Below are positions 19,371 through 28,972 of a stretch of DNA of 64,000 nucleotides, one piece after another. Every line of letters starts with the position of its first letter. Position 1 is the stretch's first letter. The translations under genes were made by a program, and so were the position numbers. The notes below the pieces were generated by a model. That model ran no database searches. It was given only the letters and a program-made list of their open reading frames with translations, and was not told the origin of the DNA. Source of the DNA: a virus (lineage: Duplodnaviria; Caudoviricetes); the IMG/VR virus record IMGVR_UViG_3300025598_000001, positions 2,195 through 66,194 of that record. One strand, 5' to 3'.

Positions 19371-21499
19371 TATCTACGTCCATCCGGTCTAATATCTATA
19401 CGTGGTGCGCCTAGTTGCCAAGCTACTCCTAAGCCGGTAGATTCAATCCTAAATGCCATTTGACGACCCCTTAATCGGGTATAAACTTGACCTGTAAACT
19501 GGTTGACCGTATAGGCTGGTGCAATAGCAAAATTTTGACTACTTTGAACCGTGGGGTTATCTGCAACTCCGTAAGCCGAACCAGAATACTGGCGGGGTAA
19601 AACCTGCATGGTTACAGATGGCTGATTAGTAGTAGAGCTATTAAAGTTAATATCAGGAATAATGCGCCATACAAACCCAAATTGTTGCCCATCACCAATA
19701 TCAAAATCTGAAGATTGTATGTATGCGTCTATAGGTTTAGATACAGAAGTAGATAAATCATCGTTACCATTTTCATGGTAAAGCAAGCGGCTATTATAAT
19801 CTGCGGCCACTGGATACTGAACAATACCGGTTTGATACCAAGCGCTACGAGCCATACTTCCGTAGTACCAAACATTATCTAAATAGTTATATACAACGTA
19901 TTTGTCAATTTGTGTTCCGTTACTAGAATTGCTAACGTAGAACCACCATACTTCGTTGAATCCTTCATTAGCACCGGCAAATACTTGGTAAGATTGGCTA
20001 GCGTTTAAATCTTCAAAAACATACTGTTTTAGTGAACAAGGTAGGGTTTTTACTGTACCGTCATACATATAGAAACGGTCTCGTCCCATCCAGTAGGTAA
20101 TATTATTTACCGTAATCATGGCATTTGGACCCATAACAGATATGTTATCCATCAAAATCTGGAATCCCCAGACATATGGAGCGCCAATATACTGCATGGA
20201 ATAGAGGGCAGAATCAGTCCAAACGAGAATCTCCTGACGGGTTGAACGTGCGCCAATAATCTGTGATCCGTTTGTTAAAGTATATTCACCTGACTGGTTA
20301 GTTAACTCTGGGATCCATTGATAAGCATTTGCTTGGTCAGACCAACGTACTAACATAGAGTTAAACGTAGTATTAGGATTACCCGGAGAGTATGAATTTG
20401 CACCAAAACAAATAATAAATTCTTGAACTGCGGAAGTAATGACTTGATAAGTTTCTTTGGGAACAAAAGCTCCTGCATAGGAAACGTTATAAGAGCCAGA
20501 ATTAGAAGACGTAGTGCTTTGTGATATTGTAGCTACCCCAGTAACGTTGTTAATAGCTACAATATATGTGTTTGCCGGTATGCCGGAACCCGTAATATAC
20601 ATATAAGGGTAAACATAAGGGGCATTTGCTGATGTTATTGTGATACTCGTTGTGCTAGCACTAAATGTAGTTGCATCAGTTAAAAGAGTAGTAGTATTAG
20701 CTAAAGAGCTTAAATACTGCGCACGAGTACCCAGACCATTAGAGTCTTGCCAATAAAATACTGGACCGCCACGGGGAGCAATAACAAGGTCAGCGCCAAA
20801 GTTATCGTTAGACCAAAGCCTTAATTGTTCACCAATTCCCGTAGATGCGGCAACGCCCCAGCCAGTATTACTAGAACTACCCGTACCATAAAACCCGCTC
20901 CAAGGACCTGCACCCCAACCAGTACCCGTCTGATAAACCGCTAGACCTGTTGGGTATTCATATTGAGCTGTAACCGTGCCACCACCTGTAACAGTAGATG
21001 TAGCTGTGCTAGAAGCCGTAATAGAGTATGCAGTTGAGCCATATACTGCAGTAACTGCATAGTCACCAGATATTAAAATACCGCCAGCAGAACTAGCACC
21101 AGAAAAGACAACGTAATCACCACGGCTAGGGCTATAAGTGCTGTCCGATACAATAACAGTTGAAGAACCCGAAGATGTAGTAAATGGGTTGGTAAGCGTA
21201 CTAGTCTGGACAATAGGCGTAATGTCGCTATAAGTACCACCAAAATAAATGTAGTACTTGGTGTTTGTACCTAAACCAATATAAGTATTACCTGTGCCTA
21301 CGCCAGTATCAGACCAAGCCCAAAGAGACCTGCAGATACCGTTATATTGATTATTGGTAACCTGAGTCCAACCGCCAATTTTTTCTGGTAAGCCAGAACG
21401 AAACCTAATTTTGTCCCCGTCGTACCAGCCACCCTCATTAGAGTAAATAGTACCTTCACGGTTTAAGCCGGGTCTAAATTGTAGTTTCTGTAATGGCAT
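19370..21499 (-). CDS. Tail hub / packaged-DNA stabilisation protein (P22 gp10-like)
   Basis: LVRWSDQ, ILVWTDSALYSM, YWMGRDRFY, FNEVWWFY, terminal RIDIRPDGRR. Confidence 0.78.
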   Translation of the reverse strand: MPLQKLQFRPGLNREGTIYSNEGGWYDGDKIRFRSGLPEKIGGWTQVTNNQYNGICRSLWAWSDTGVGTGNTYIGLGTNTKYYIYFGGTYSDITPIVQTSTLTNPFTTSSGSSTVIVSDSTYSPSRGDYVVFSGASSAGGILISGDYAVTAVYGSTAYSITASSTATSTVTGGGTVTAQYEYPTGLAVYQTGTGWGAGPWSGFYGTGSSSNTGWGVAASTGIGEQLRLWSNDNFGADLVIAPRGGPVFYWQDSNGLGTRAQYLSSLANTTTLLTDATTFSASTTSITITSANAPYVYPYMYITGSGIPANTYIVAINNVTGVATISQSTTSSNSGSYNVSYAGAFVPKETYQVITSAVQEFIICFGANSYSPGNPNTTFNSMLVRWSDQANAYQWIPELTNQSGEYTLTNGSQIIGARSTRQEILVWTDSALYSMQYIGAPYVWGFQILMDNISVMGPNAMITVNNITYWMGRDRFYMYDGTVKTLPCSLKQYVFEDLNASQSYQVFAGANEGFNEVWWFYVSNSSNGTQIDKYVVYNYLDNVWYYGSMARSAWYQTGIVQYPVAADYNSRLLYHENGNDDLSTSVSKPIDAYIQSSDFDIGDGQQFGFVWRIIPDINFNSSTTNQPSVTMQVLPRQYSGSAYGVADNPTVQSSQNFAIAPAYTVNQFTGQVYTRLRGRQMAFRIESTGLGVAWQLGAPRIDIRPDGRR

Positions 21500-21505
21500 A
21501 CGGGT

Positions 21506-22093
21506 TTACCCTAGGATTTGTTTTGCTTTAGTTATTTTAGCAATTCTGTCATCTAAGCCTAGTGTACCGCCGTTAATGCGTTTAGTCATCTGTCCATAAT
21601 CTTGGGCATCAGCCAATTCATTTAAACCGTGTTTATTCCAAAACCAGCCAGCAGATAGTGTTGCACCTTTAGGCATAGCTAAAAGTTCTGGATTAGTAAT
21701 TAATGAAAGACCTAGGGCATCACCACAGTTTTTATAGTTATCACGTCCAGTTAGCTGAATAAGACCTCTGCCATGGTAAGCCCATCCATCGCCATCTTCT
21801 GTGTTGCCCATGCGTCCTGCATAAACTTTGTTAGCGATTTTTTCTGGATTGTTTGCAAATTGTTCAGCCACATCTCGACTAGGAAATCTTGAGGGCCATG
21901 TACGCATAAGTCCATCGGCAGAGTAATGAAGGTTCTCTTCCAAAGTTCTGAAATTGTTTGATTCATGTTGGCATTGTCCTATAAAAGAAGCCTGACGCTG
22001 GGTCGTGCTAATGTTGTATTTAATAAAAGTATCAAGCAAAGGCTGAAGCCATTTCTCATCAATACCTAGTGCTTTTAAATTATCTACGTTCAT
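21506..22093 (-). CDS. Endolysin, glycoside hydrolase family 19
   Basis: FIGQCQHES...LEENL, GRGLIQLTGRDNY, SAGWFW, TKRINGG. Confidence 0.93.
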   Translation of the reverse strand: MNVDNLKALGIDEKWLQPLLDTFIKYNISTTQRQASFIGQCQHESNNFRTLEENLHYSADGLMRTWPSRFPSRDVAEQFANNPEKIANKVYAGRMGNTEDGDGWAYHGRGLIQLTGRDNYKNCGDALGLSLITNPELLAMPKGATLSAGWFWNKHGLNELADAQDYGQMTKRINGGTLGLDDRIAKITKAKQILG

Positions 22094-22508
22094 ATAATCC
22101 GATCTGTTGATTTACCCAGTCTTGCAGGGATATTAGTTGTTGGGTTGTTGCGGCGCATTCTTCGGCAACAGATAAAACGTTATGGGTTTCTCCATTAACT
22201 GTGATGGTGGCGTTGGGGGTTGAGGACACTGCACCGCTACGGGTGTTGAGCATCCTGCCATACATAGTATGGATATTAGCAATCCTAGCTTCATACGCAT
22301 CTTGAACTCCTTTAGTAATTAATTGCGCTTCTTTCTCTTTGGCTGCGGTATCATCTGCTTGCTTTTGCGCCACAATAGTTTGCTCATCCACATAATGAAC
22401 AAAACGCAAATGCTCAACGTAGTAACCGCTAAATACAAGAGCAAGATATAGTGCAATTTTGTAGTAACCACTAAACCCACCTGTAAATAGAGAAATTAAA
22501 AAGCTCAT
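22080..22508 (-). CDS. Putative spanin (Rz-like)
   Basis: N-terminal TM segment, coiled coil, C-terminal C...LQDWV; next to the endolysin. Confidence 0.6.
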   Translation of the reverse strand: MSFLISLFTGGFSGYYKIALYLALVFSGYYVEHLRFVHYVDEQTIVAQKQADDTAAKEKEAQLITKGVQDAYEARIANIHTMYGRMLNTRSGAVSSTPNATITVNGETHNVLSVAEECAATTQQLISLQDWVNQQIGLYERR

Positions 22509-22735
22509 TGTGGATCCGGCTCAGTATCTTTTTTCATCATAACGGCAGCGCCATGCGCACCAGAAATAATACCGATAGCTTGAGCAAATCCCATTAAGTC
22601 CATAGCGCCATTATGAAACGCATTCCATGCAGCACCGGCAATCGTAGCTACTGTTGTAGTTACCCAAGACCAACGACCTATATCGTGTGTTTCGTTATCT
22701 TTACCAGTAACCAAGTGTTTTAAAAAGTCTACCAT
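22505..22735 (-). CDS. Putative holin
   Basis: 76 aa from MVDFLK, two hydrophobic helices, charged C-tail KKDTEP; in the lysis cluster. Confidence 0.6.
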   Translation of the reverse strand: MVDFLKHLVTGKDNETHDIGRWSWVTTTVATIAGAAWNAFHNGAMDLMGFAQAIGIISGAHGAAVMMKKDTEPDPQ

Positions 22736-23178
22736 TTGTAACCCCAAGTTAAATACCATGCAATAACTGCAGCTATTAAAAAACAATAAAACTGCACCCT
22801 ACGTACTTCATTTAAATCATGTTGAAAATCTTCGTTATCTTTTCTTTGAAGGTTCTCAATATCTAATTTAATCTTCAATACTGCTTCCCATTCTTTTGCG
22901 CCATACTTCTTTACAAAATCAATCTTTAGCTTTGCTTCTTCTTCACTAATTTGTTTCTTTTGTTTCCAGTCTTCCAATGCTCTTATTAACGCATTTTGTT
23001 TTCTAAACTCTGCTTCTCTTCTTTCCCTAATCCGCTCTTGTGCTTTCTGGTGAGCTACGGCTGTTCCGTCTTTTTGGATACCTTCTATACTTTTGGTTAA
23101 ACCTTTACCCGCTTCACGACTTGCGTCCAAGCTTTTACTTAGAGTCTTTGCTCCTTCGGTTAAACCAAACGGATCCAT
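22729..23178 (-). CDS. Coiled-coil protein with C-terminal TM helix
   Basis: ORF; hydrophobic end FYCFLIAAVIAWYLTW. Confidence 0.6.
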   Translation of the reverse strand: MDPFGLTEGAKTLSKSLDASREAGKGLTKSIEGIQKDGTAVAHQKAQERIRERREAEFRKQNALIRALEDWKQKKQISEEEAKLKIDFVKKYGAKEWEAVLKIKLDIENLQRKDNEDFQHDLNEVRRVQFYCFLIAAVIAWYLTWGYKW

Positions 23179-23204
23179 ATGCGCTCACTTTTTTGCACCG
23201 TTCC

Positions 23205-24317
23205 TTACGTCTTAATAATGAAGTTGATACCAAGGAATGGGGAAATGGTAGTTGCTGCAGTGCCAGAACCTGTATTAGAAGTTGATATTCCAGTAAAAGC
23301 TGTATTAGTACCGCTGCTTGGGGCACCATAGTTGCTACTAGACCATTGATTTCCCCCTTCGCTAGGTAGCGCTGGTATAGCATAAGTTTGTGTAGTATGT
23401 GCGTGGCCCGGGTCGTTAATCCCGTGATTGTGGGCTGGTAAGTTTGATACACTTAAAGTTGTTGTTTGAGAACCACCAGTTTGACCAATACTAGTAGCGA
23501 TAGTGCCAATACCTAAAGCCATGCGGTCTGTATAGTTTGGTAGGTTAAATGTAGTTGATCCATTACCAGAACCAAATGTTGTACCTATAACACTAAATAA
23601 AGCAGAGTAAGTAGTGCGAGATACGGCACTACCATTACATAATAAGAACCCAGTAGGCGCAGTGGTAGTAGGCCACATTGCAATCGTTCCGCTTGGGAAA
23701 ATAACTAGTGAATTAATAGTATTTTGTACGAATGCCGTAGTAGCTAAATTGGTAGAAGCATCTCCAGTAGATACTGTTATTCCAGTTGCGGTACTATTTG
23801 CAGAAAAGGTTCCATTAACAGTTAAATTACCTGTATCAGTTAATCCTGTAGCAGTTAAAGTTCCATTAACTTTAAAATTACCTGCAGAACCTGTTGCTCC
23901 CGCATAAAACCCTGTAGATCCATCACAATAAACTTCCGTAGTTACTCCGTTAGGAATAAGCAGGGGGCTACCAGTAGGTGTTCCACTAACGATTCCTTGA
24001 ATATAAATTGACTGTCCGCCAGTAGATTGGTTAGAAATAATGTAAGTTTTATTTACATATGGTGCGTAAACATAACGGGTTGCAGATAAAGTGACAGAGC
24101 TAGGAACAACGATAACTTGATTGCGGGCTTCGTCCGATGTGCCGTTAAGGTTTGATAGGGTGTAATTAGAATCACCCATAGCAGTTAAGTAGTCTACCCC
24201 AGTAACGGCTTGTTCAATTAAATTCCAGTTGGTATTAGTTGTGTCGCCCCAAGTACCGGCAAGGTCACCATCCCCAATTAGGGTTATTTTTAACGAGGTT
24301 GAGTACGATTCTGCCAT
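23205..24317 (-). CDS. Tail protein with phage tail-collar domain
   Basis: PSGTIAMW...PTGFLLCNGSAVSRTTYSALFSVIGTTFGSGNGSTTFNLP. Confidence 0.88.
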   Translation of the reverse strand: MAESYSTSLKITLIGDGDLAGTWGDTTNTNWNLIEQAVTGVDYLTAMGDSNYTLSNLNGTSDEARNQVIVVPSSVTLSATRYVYAPYVNKTYIISNQSTGGQSIYIQGIVSGTPTGSPLLIPNGVTTEVYCDGSTGFYAGATGSAGNFKVNGTLTATGLTDTGNLTVNGTFSANSTATGITVSTGDASTNLATTAFVQNTINSLVIFPSGTIAMWPTTTAPTGFLLCNGSAVSRTTYSALFSVIGTTFGSGNGSTTFNLPNYTDRMALGIGTIATSIGQTGGSQTTTLSVSNLPAHNHGINDPGHAHTTQTYAIPALPSEGGNQWSSSNYGAPSSGTNTAFTGISTSNTGSGTAATTISPFLGINFIIKT

Positions 24318-24326
24318 GATATATCC

Positions 24327-25226
24327 TTATTGCGTATTATTAATTACCACCCAGTTGGGCGTCTGTGTATTTCCAATATTAGCCCAAGTTGTTGATTCTG
24401 TGTTGTTTATTGGGTTAAACGTAATAGTATTGCTATCGTTAATTTGGAACCAACCAGTAACGCCATTAATTTCACCAAAAATAACGTTTTCCAAAACATT
24501 TACATTATAGTTGGCTTGGGATGTATTAGCATCAGCAAAATTGACGTTTTCCACTTGAGAATAGAATATGTTAAGAATAGCCGTCTGGGTAGAGGCAAAT
24601 GTTATTGGTTCTGTAACTTTGTCGTAATAAACCGCTTGGGTTACGTTAGAATCGGCAAAATTAACGTTTTCTGTTATTGAGTTAGTAAATGTTGATTGCT
24701 CTGAATTAGAGTCGGCAAAGCTGGCTGTTTCCGTAATGGTTTCTTGAAAAATTACCCCTAGGGAGAATAAATCAGTAAACGTAAAGTTTTCAGTCATGGA
24801 CTCTAACAATGCAGCTGATATGGTATTGGAATCGGCAAAACTAAAATTCTCTGATTGGGATGCAGCAAAGGAGGCGGCTATAGACTCGCTATCAGCAAAG
24901 CTTAGGTTTTGGCTTATTGACTCTGCAAACTGGGCTGTTATTGCTGGGGTGTCGTTAAAACTAAATGGTTCGGAAATGCTTAATGAAAATTGACCCGCAA
25001 TAGTTGGGGTATCTACAAGGTTAAAGTTTTCGCTTATTGAGCTAGCAAACGCCGCCGATATAGATGGGGTATCAGCAAAGTTAACGTTTTCAGTTACAGA
25101 CCCAGCAAACCCGCCAGAAATAGCTAATACATCAGCAAAACTAACATTTTCAGATACAGAAAGATTAAAGGCGTTACCGCCTAACGCAGCAAAAGGAGAT
25201 TGAGCAAAAGCTGCGTATCCAAACAT
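24327..25226 (-). CDS. Tail-associated protein with ~19-aa tandem repeats
   Basis: MFGYAAFAQSPFAAL start; repeated (S/T)ENxxFAD units; WANI..TQTPNW end. Confidence 0.7.
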   Translation of the reverse strand: MFGYAAFAQSPFAALGGNAFNLSVSENVSFADVLAISGGFAGSVTENVNFADTPSISAAFASSISENFNLVDTPTIAGQFSLSISEPFSFNDTPAITAQFAESISQNLSFADSESIAASFAASQSENFSFADSNTISAALLESMTENFTFTDLFSLGVIFQETITETASFADSNSEQSTFTNSITENVNFADSNVTQAVYYDKVTEPITFASTQTAILNIFYSQVENVNFADANTSQANYNVNVLENVIFGEINGVTGWFQINDSNTITFNPINNTESTTWANIGNTQTPNWVVINNTQ

Positions 25227-25474
25227 TATCCGACTAAAGCCTTAATTTCATCTGCAGTTAAACCAAGCGCAGTTAATTTAGCTAGTGCAGATGCCTTTGC
25301 AGCGATAGTATCTTGTTCGGCTTTTTCTTCAGCAGCTTGTAATTCGGCTAATTTAGCTTGTGCCTGCGCCATGTCATAAGCGACTTCTTGTTCGTCTTTA
25401 TCGTAAGCTATATCGCCACGAATGGTAACTACAGAAGGATTAAGTGCAAAAATTGCATCGTGTAAATTCATCAT
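25226..25474 (-). CDS. Small tail-fibre-associated (chaperone-like) protein
   Basis: ASALAKLTALGLTADEIKAL C-terminus; follows a fibre gene. Confidence 0.55.
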   Translation of the reverse strand: MMNLHDAIFALNPSVVTIRGDIAYDKDEQEVAYDMAQAQAKLAELQAAEEKAEQDTIAAKASALAKLTALGLTADEIKALVG

Positions 25475-25920
25475 TGTGCAATCTCCATAAGAGTAATAGT
25501 TGATGGATTTTGATTAATACAAAAATATGCAGTTCCAGCATTAAAACTAGCAAAATATACTGTATATGTTGTTAATGATGTAGAAGCTGGAGAATCTAAA
25601 TATGTTTGTGCAATTTGTTCATTTAATTGATTTACAGTTGGGCCATTTAAATATGTGCTTGTTGGATTTATAGAAAAAATTGAAGAACCACCTCTCCATA
25701 ATTGAAGAACAACACCATTTCCGTTTGCAATAATTCCAGTTGAACAACTAACCATTACAAGAATTTTACTTGTAGAAAATAAAGGTGTAATTGAAGCAGT
25801 TAAACTTGTTGCTACTGGGCTTGTAGATGTTGTAGTTGTTTGAGTGTTATAAGTAGCATTAACTACTTGCAACACTGCTCCAGCGCCCATCATTCCTGTT
25901 TGAACTTTAGTTAGTGCCAT
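25471..25920 (-). CDS. Short tail fibre/receptor-binding domain protein
   Basis: GAVLQVV...ASITP..STSKILV...YLDSPAST...TY...STITLMEIA; start at MALTKV. Confidence 0.7.
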   Translation of the reverse strand: MALTKVQTGMMGAGAVLQVVNATYNTQTTTTSTSPVATSLTASITPLFSTSKILVMVSCSTGIIANGNGVVLQLWRGGSSIFSINPTSTYLNGPTVNQLNEQIAQTYLDSPASTSLTTYTVYFASFNAGTAYFCINQNPSTITLMEIAQ

Positions 25921-26086
25921 CTGCAGCCTCCGGTGTGTTACCTTCTGCAAGCCAAGCTAGGTATTGCTGGTAATCGGTATTGTCTGGGTCGAATGGGATG
26001 CCTACTGGATTGGGGTCTAATCTTGTAACAAAATTAGGGGTAACCAAAGTATTACCTAATAGAATTTGATTTGGTAATTTATACAT
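25907..26086 (-). CDS. Small tail-fibre assembly-type protein
   Basis: IPFDPDNTDYQQYLAWLAEGNTPEAAD motif; start at MYKL. Confidence 0.65.
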   Translation of the reverse strand: MYKLPNQILLGNTLVTPNFVTRLDPNPVGIPFDPDNTDYQQYLAWLAEGNTPEAADGTN

Positions 26087-26087
26087 T

Positions 26088-27137
26088 TTATAACTCCGCA
26101 GATGCAGTAAAGTTTCCTGCATTAAAAATTACATAACAACGAGTGCCAAGCCCAACATTAAAAGAACCATTTATTAATAATACAGATGCGTTTGGAATTA
26201 CAGTAACCGTTGGAGAACCAATACTTGCACCAGATGAAGAGTTTACACTTGGTCCGGTGACAGAAGGTATTACTCGCATTGGAGGAATACTAGCAATAGG
26301 TTGAGTTAAAGGTGCTCCTGAAGTTGTAGAAACAGCTTCTATTACTTGTGATGCAGTAACCGCAGATGACCAAAAATAACGCTGACATAAAGCCAACTCT
26401 GTACCAATACTACGCACTTCAAAGTTTGTTGCTGTAGTGCCGACTTCAAGTTGAACGCCAGTAATGTAGAAGGTTGCAGAACTTGTGTTAGATAGTTTTG
26501 TTCCGCCTGTTAATCCTAAATAATTACCTGTTTGCCAACCGAGGCCTGCATTACTGGACTGAGTTGTTCCAACGCCTAAGTCCCAATAAACAGATATGCC
26601 AATTCCATTAGTTGTTAACCATGTTCCGCTAGTATCTCCAGCAATAGTTATGGTTTTATATTCCCATGTGTTTGCAGAATTGATTGTGTAAGATGTAATG
26701 TAACTTCTGCTATTTGCAGAATTTTGCAAAGCAATTCCGTATGTTCCAGTAACAGAACAGTTAACCCAAAACGATAACGTCAATGTTTTTGCTGTAGATA
26801 AACCAAAATCTAAATCAGCGCAATTTAATCCTTCAATAGACTGATAGAAAGTAGAGTAGTTTGTTGTTCCTGGCGCACCACTTGTTCCAACTGAAATTAA
26901 AACACTATTTTTAAAATTTGCTGGAACAACTGATGATTGCGTAACATTAAACACAGGATTTGAACTAAAATTTCCACGCAACAAATACCATCTATCTACT
27001 GTATATCCGTTTGCATTACTTACAGTTGCACCAGCATTTCTTTGGTCAATAACCATAGCACCATTGATGATGCGGTTCTTAAACCCTGTGCTAACTCCGG
27101 GTGAGCCTAGCTGAGAAAGGATATTTGATGTTGTCAT
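26088..27137 (-). CDS. Tail fibre protein with carbohydrate-binding-like domain
   Basis: FKNRIINGAMVIDQR...DRW...TLSFW...GVQLEVG...ELALCQRYF. Confidence 0.8.
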   Translation of the reverse strand: MTTSNILSQLGSPGVSTGFKNRIINGAMVIDQRNAGATVSNANGYTVDRWYLLRGNFSSNPVFNVTQSSVVPANFKNSVLISVGTSGAPGTTNYSTFYQSIEGLNCADLDFGLSTAKTLTLSFWVNCSVTGTYGIALQNSANSRSYITSYTINSANTWEYKTITIAGDTSGTWLTTNGIGISVYWDLGVGTTQSSNAGLGWQTGNYLGLTGGTKLSNTSSATFYITGVQLEVGTTATNFEVRSIGTELALCQRYFWSSAVTASQVIEAVSTTSGAPLTQPIASIPPMRVIPSVTGPSVNSSSGASIGSPTVTVIPNASVLLINGSFNVGLGTRCYVIFNAGNFTASAEL

Positions 27138-27292
27138 TTAAGTTGGTCTTCCGTAGGTCTAGCAAGAGTTGGGTGATTCCATGACTTAATATAGTCGCCA
27201 GCACCATTAGAATCATTCTGTAATGTAATTACAGTCAAAAAGTCCTGTTGTGTAAGACTTGGATATAAAGCTATGATTTTTTCGTATAACAT
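27134..27292 (-). CDS. XkdW-like small tail-fibre partner, 52 aa (not in ORF track)
   Basis: Hand translation MLYEKIIALYPSLTQQDFLTVITLQNDSNGAGDYIKSWNHPTLARPTEDQLK; overlaps both neighbours. Confidence 0.72.
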   Translation of the reverse strand: MLYEKIIALYPSLTQQDFLTVITLQNDSNGAGDYIKSWNHPTLARPTEDQLK

Positions 27293-28329
27293 TATGCTGT
27301 CCTCACCATTGCTGCTTGAAAATATGTTTGAGTTTGACTGCCATAAAAAGATGGTAAAGATACAGCAGTTAAATATCCATATAATTCAAGATAATCCGTT
27401 GTGCCATTCATATAAATTAAAGCACTAGCGTTAGTAATTGTTGTTGCTGGTGCTGCTGCTGGATAACTGTAGTTTCCGTATTTAAAACCTGTACCATTTT
27501 TGTAAATTCCAACAACTACAGTCACATTTCCAGAAGATGAATAAAAATAAATATTACCTGTTACTTGATAATAACCAGCCACATTAGGAGTAAACCGATA
27601 ATTAGTGGTGTTGTCATAGCAATTTGCTGTATCAAACTCTTTAGTATTGCATTGCACTTTAGTAAAAACGCTATTAGATATACTTTGTGTTGAACTTAAA
27701 TAAGCACTAAACGCTGGCATATTACCGCTAACCATTACTGTGCCAGTAGCGCTGGGGAATGTGGCTGTATTGCTACCCGGTGTATTTAAAGTAGTAATTG
27801 TGCTAAGATATGAATTGGCTACAGAATTTGCCGTTGCAGGGATAGCGTTTAATACTGAAGATACATAAAAGCTCTGCGTAGTAATAAGGTCGCCAGCAGT
27901 TGCGCCAGTAGTCAAAACCACAGTAGTACCGTTAGTCGCAGTATAGTCGGCAGAGCCTAGCAAAACACCATTGCGGTAGACACTAATAAATCCTACTGTA
28001 TAGCTTGGTGGGGTAAATGTAGTCTGTCCTGCGGTTGCAGTAAATTCGGTCTGGGTGCGGTATGCTGTGGTCGTTACGCCAGATGCAGGGATACCAAGAT
28101 AGCGGGCTGAGATATTTCCTGTACCAGTTGGGGGCGCAGCCGAGAATGTTAGGGTTGTACCGGATACTGAGTAGGTAGATGGGTCTTGAACTACACCAGA
28201 TATTGCTACGAGAACAGATGCCGTATTAGCTGGCGCTACACTCATTGTAAAAGATGTAGCTGTTCCCGTTCCACTGAACGTATCTGTTAAAAATGCTACC
28301 TGATAAGGTGAAGAACCGATATATGGCAT
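27292..28329 (-). CDS. Tail fibre protein with C1q/TNF-like C-terminal domain
   Basis: N-terminal FSGTGTATSFT...SGTTLTF module; C-terminal PAFSAY...FTPNVAGYYQV...NGTTDYLELY. Confidence 0.75.
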   Translation of the reverse strand: MPYIGSSPYQVAFLTDTFSGTGTATSFTMSVAPANTASVLVAISGVVQDPSTYSVSGTTLTFSAAPPTGTGNISARYLGIPASGVTTTAYRTQTEFTATAGQTTFTPPSYTVGFISVYRNGVLLGSADYTATNGTTVVLTTGATAGDLITTQSFYVSSVLNAIPATANSVANSYLSTITTLNTPGSNTATFPSATGTVMVSGNMPAFSAYLSSTQSISNSVFTKVQCNTKEFDTANCYDNTTNYRFTPNVAGYYQVTGNIYFYSSSGNVTVVVGIYKNGTGFKYGNYSYPAAAPATTITNASALIYMNGTTDYLELYGYLTAVSLPSFYGSQTQTYFQAAMVRTA

Positions 28330-28490
28330 TACGCTAATTGCTCCGCAGTTGGTTTAGCTAGTGTAGGGTGTTCCCACTTGGCTATATAGTCGCCTTTGCC
28401 GTCGCTATCGTTTTGCAAATGGATAGTGGTTAAAAAATCGTTATCCGTTAATTGGGGATAAATTGTTTTAATTTTGTCGTATAAACTCAT
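28329..28490 (-). CDS. XkdW-like small tail-fibre partner, 53 aa (not in ORF track)
   Basis: Hand translation MSLYDKIKTIYPQLTDNDFLTTIHLQNDSDGKGDYIAKWEHPTLAKPTAEQLA; paralog of 27134-27292. Confidence 0.72.
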   Translation of the reverse strand: MSLYDKIKTIYPQLTDNDFLTTIHLQNDSDGKGDYIAKWEHPTLAKPTAEQLA

Positions 28491-28972
28491 TATGCTGCCC
28501 TCACTAAAGTAGCTTGAAAATAAGTTTCATTTACAGGGCCGTAATCAATATTTTGAGAAGAACCTGAATTTTGAAAAGCATAAACTTCTACATAGTCTGT
28601 AGAACCATTTAGATATACTAAACAAGAACCAGTTAAAAATGTATATTGACCACTTGTTTGCATCCTGTTGCCAACTTTGTATGCAGAACCATTTTTATAA
28701 AATTGAAAATAAGCAGCATTAGCACTAAATCCAGTAAAAGAAATATTGGCATTTAATTGGTAATAACCAGCAACAGTAGGGGTATAAGTAGTATTACTTG
28801 TAAAAGATGAAGTGGTATCCCATTCTTTTGTTTGAAATAAAACTTTAGTATTGGTGCTATTAGATACAGATTGTGACGATGTATTGTATGCACTAAAAGT
28901 AGGCATATTACCGCTAACCATTAAAGTACCCGTAGACCCTGTAGAAGTTGCATCTATTACGCTAACTGACAT
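28490..28972 (-). CDS. Stand-alone C1q/TNF-like fibre-tip protein
   Basis: Paralogous to the C-terminus of 27292-28329 (MVSGNMPxFSAY, PxVAGYYQ, NGxTDYxE). Confidence 0.72.
   Translation of the reverse strand: MSVSVIDATSTGSTGTLMVSGNMPTFSAYNTSSQSVSNSTNTKVLFQTKEWDTTSSFTSNTTYTPTVAGYYQLNANISFTGFSANAAYFQFYKNGSAYKVGNRMQTSGQYTFLTGSCLVYLNGSTDYVEVYAFQNSGSSQNIDYGPVNETYFQATLVRAA

Noticed and set aside
27292-28972. Paralogous fibre tips as a DGR template/variable pair
   Set aside because: No reverse transcriptase in the window; differences are widespread and not adenine-specific.
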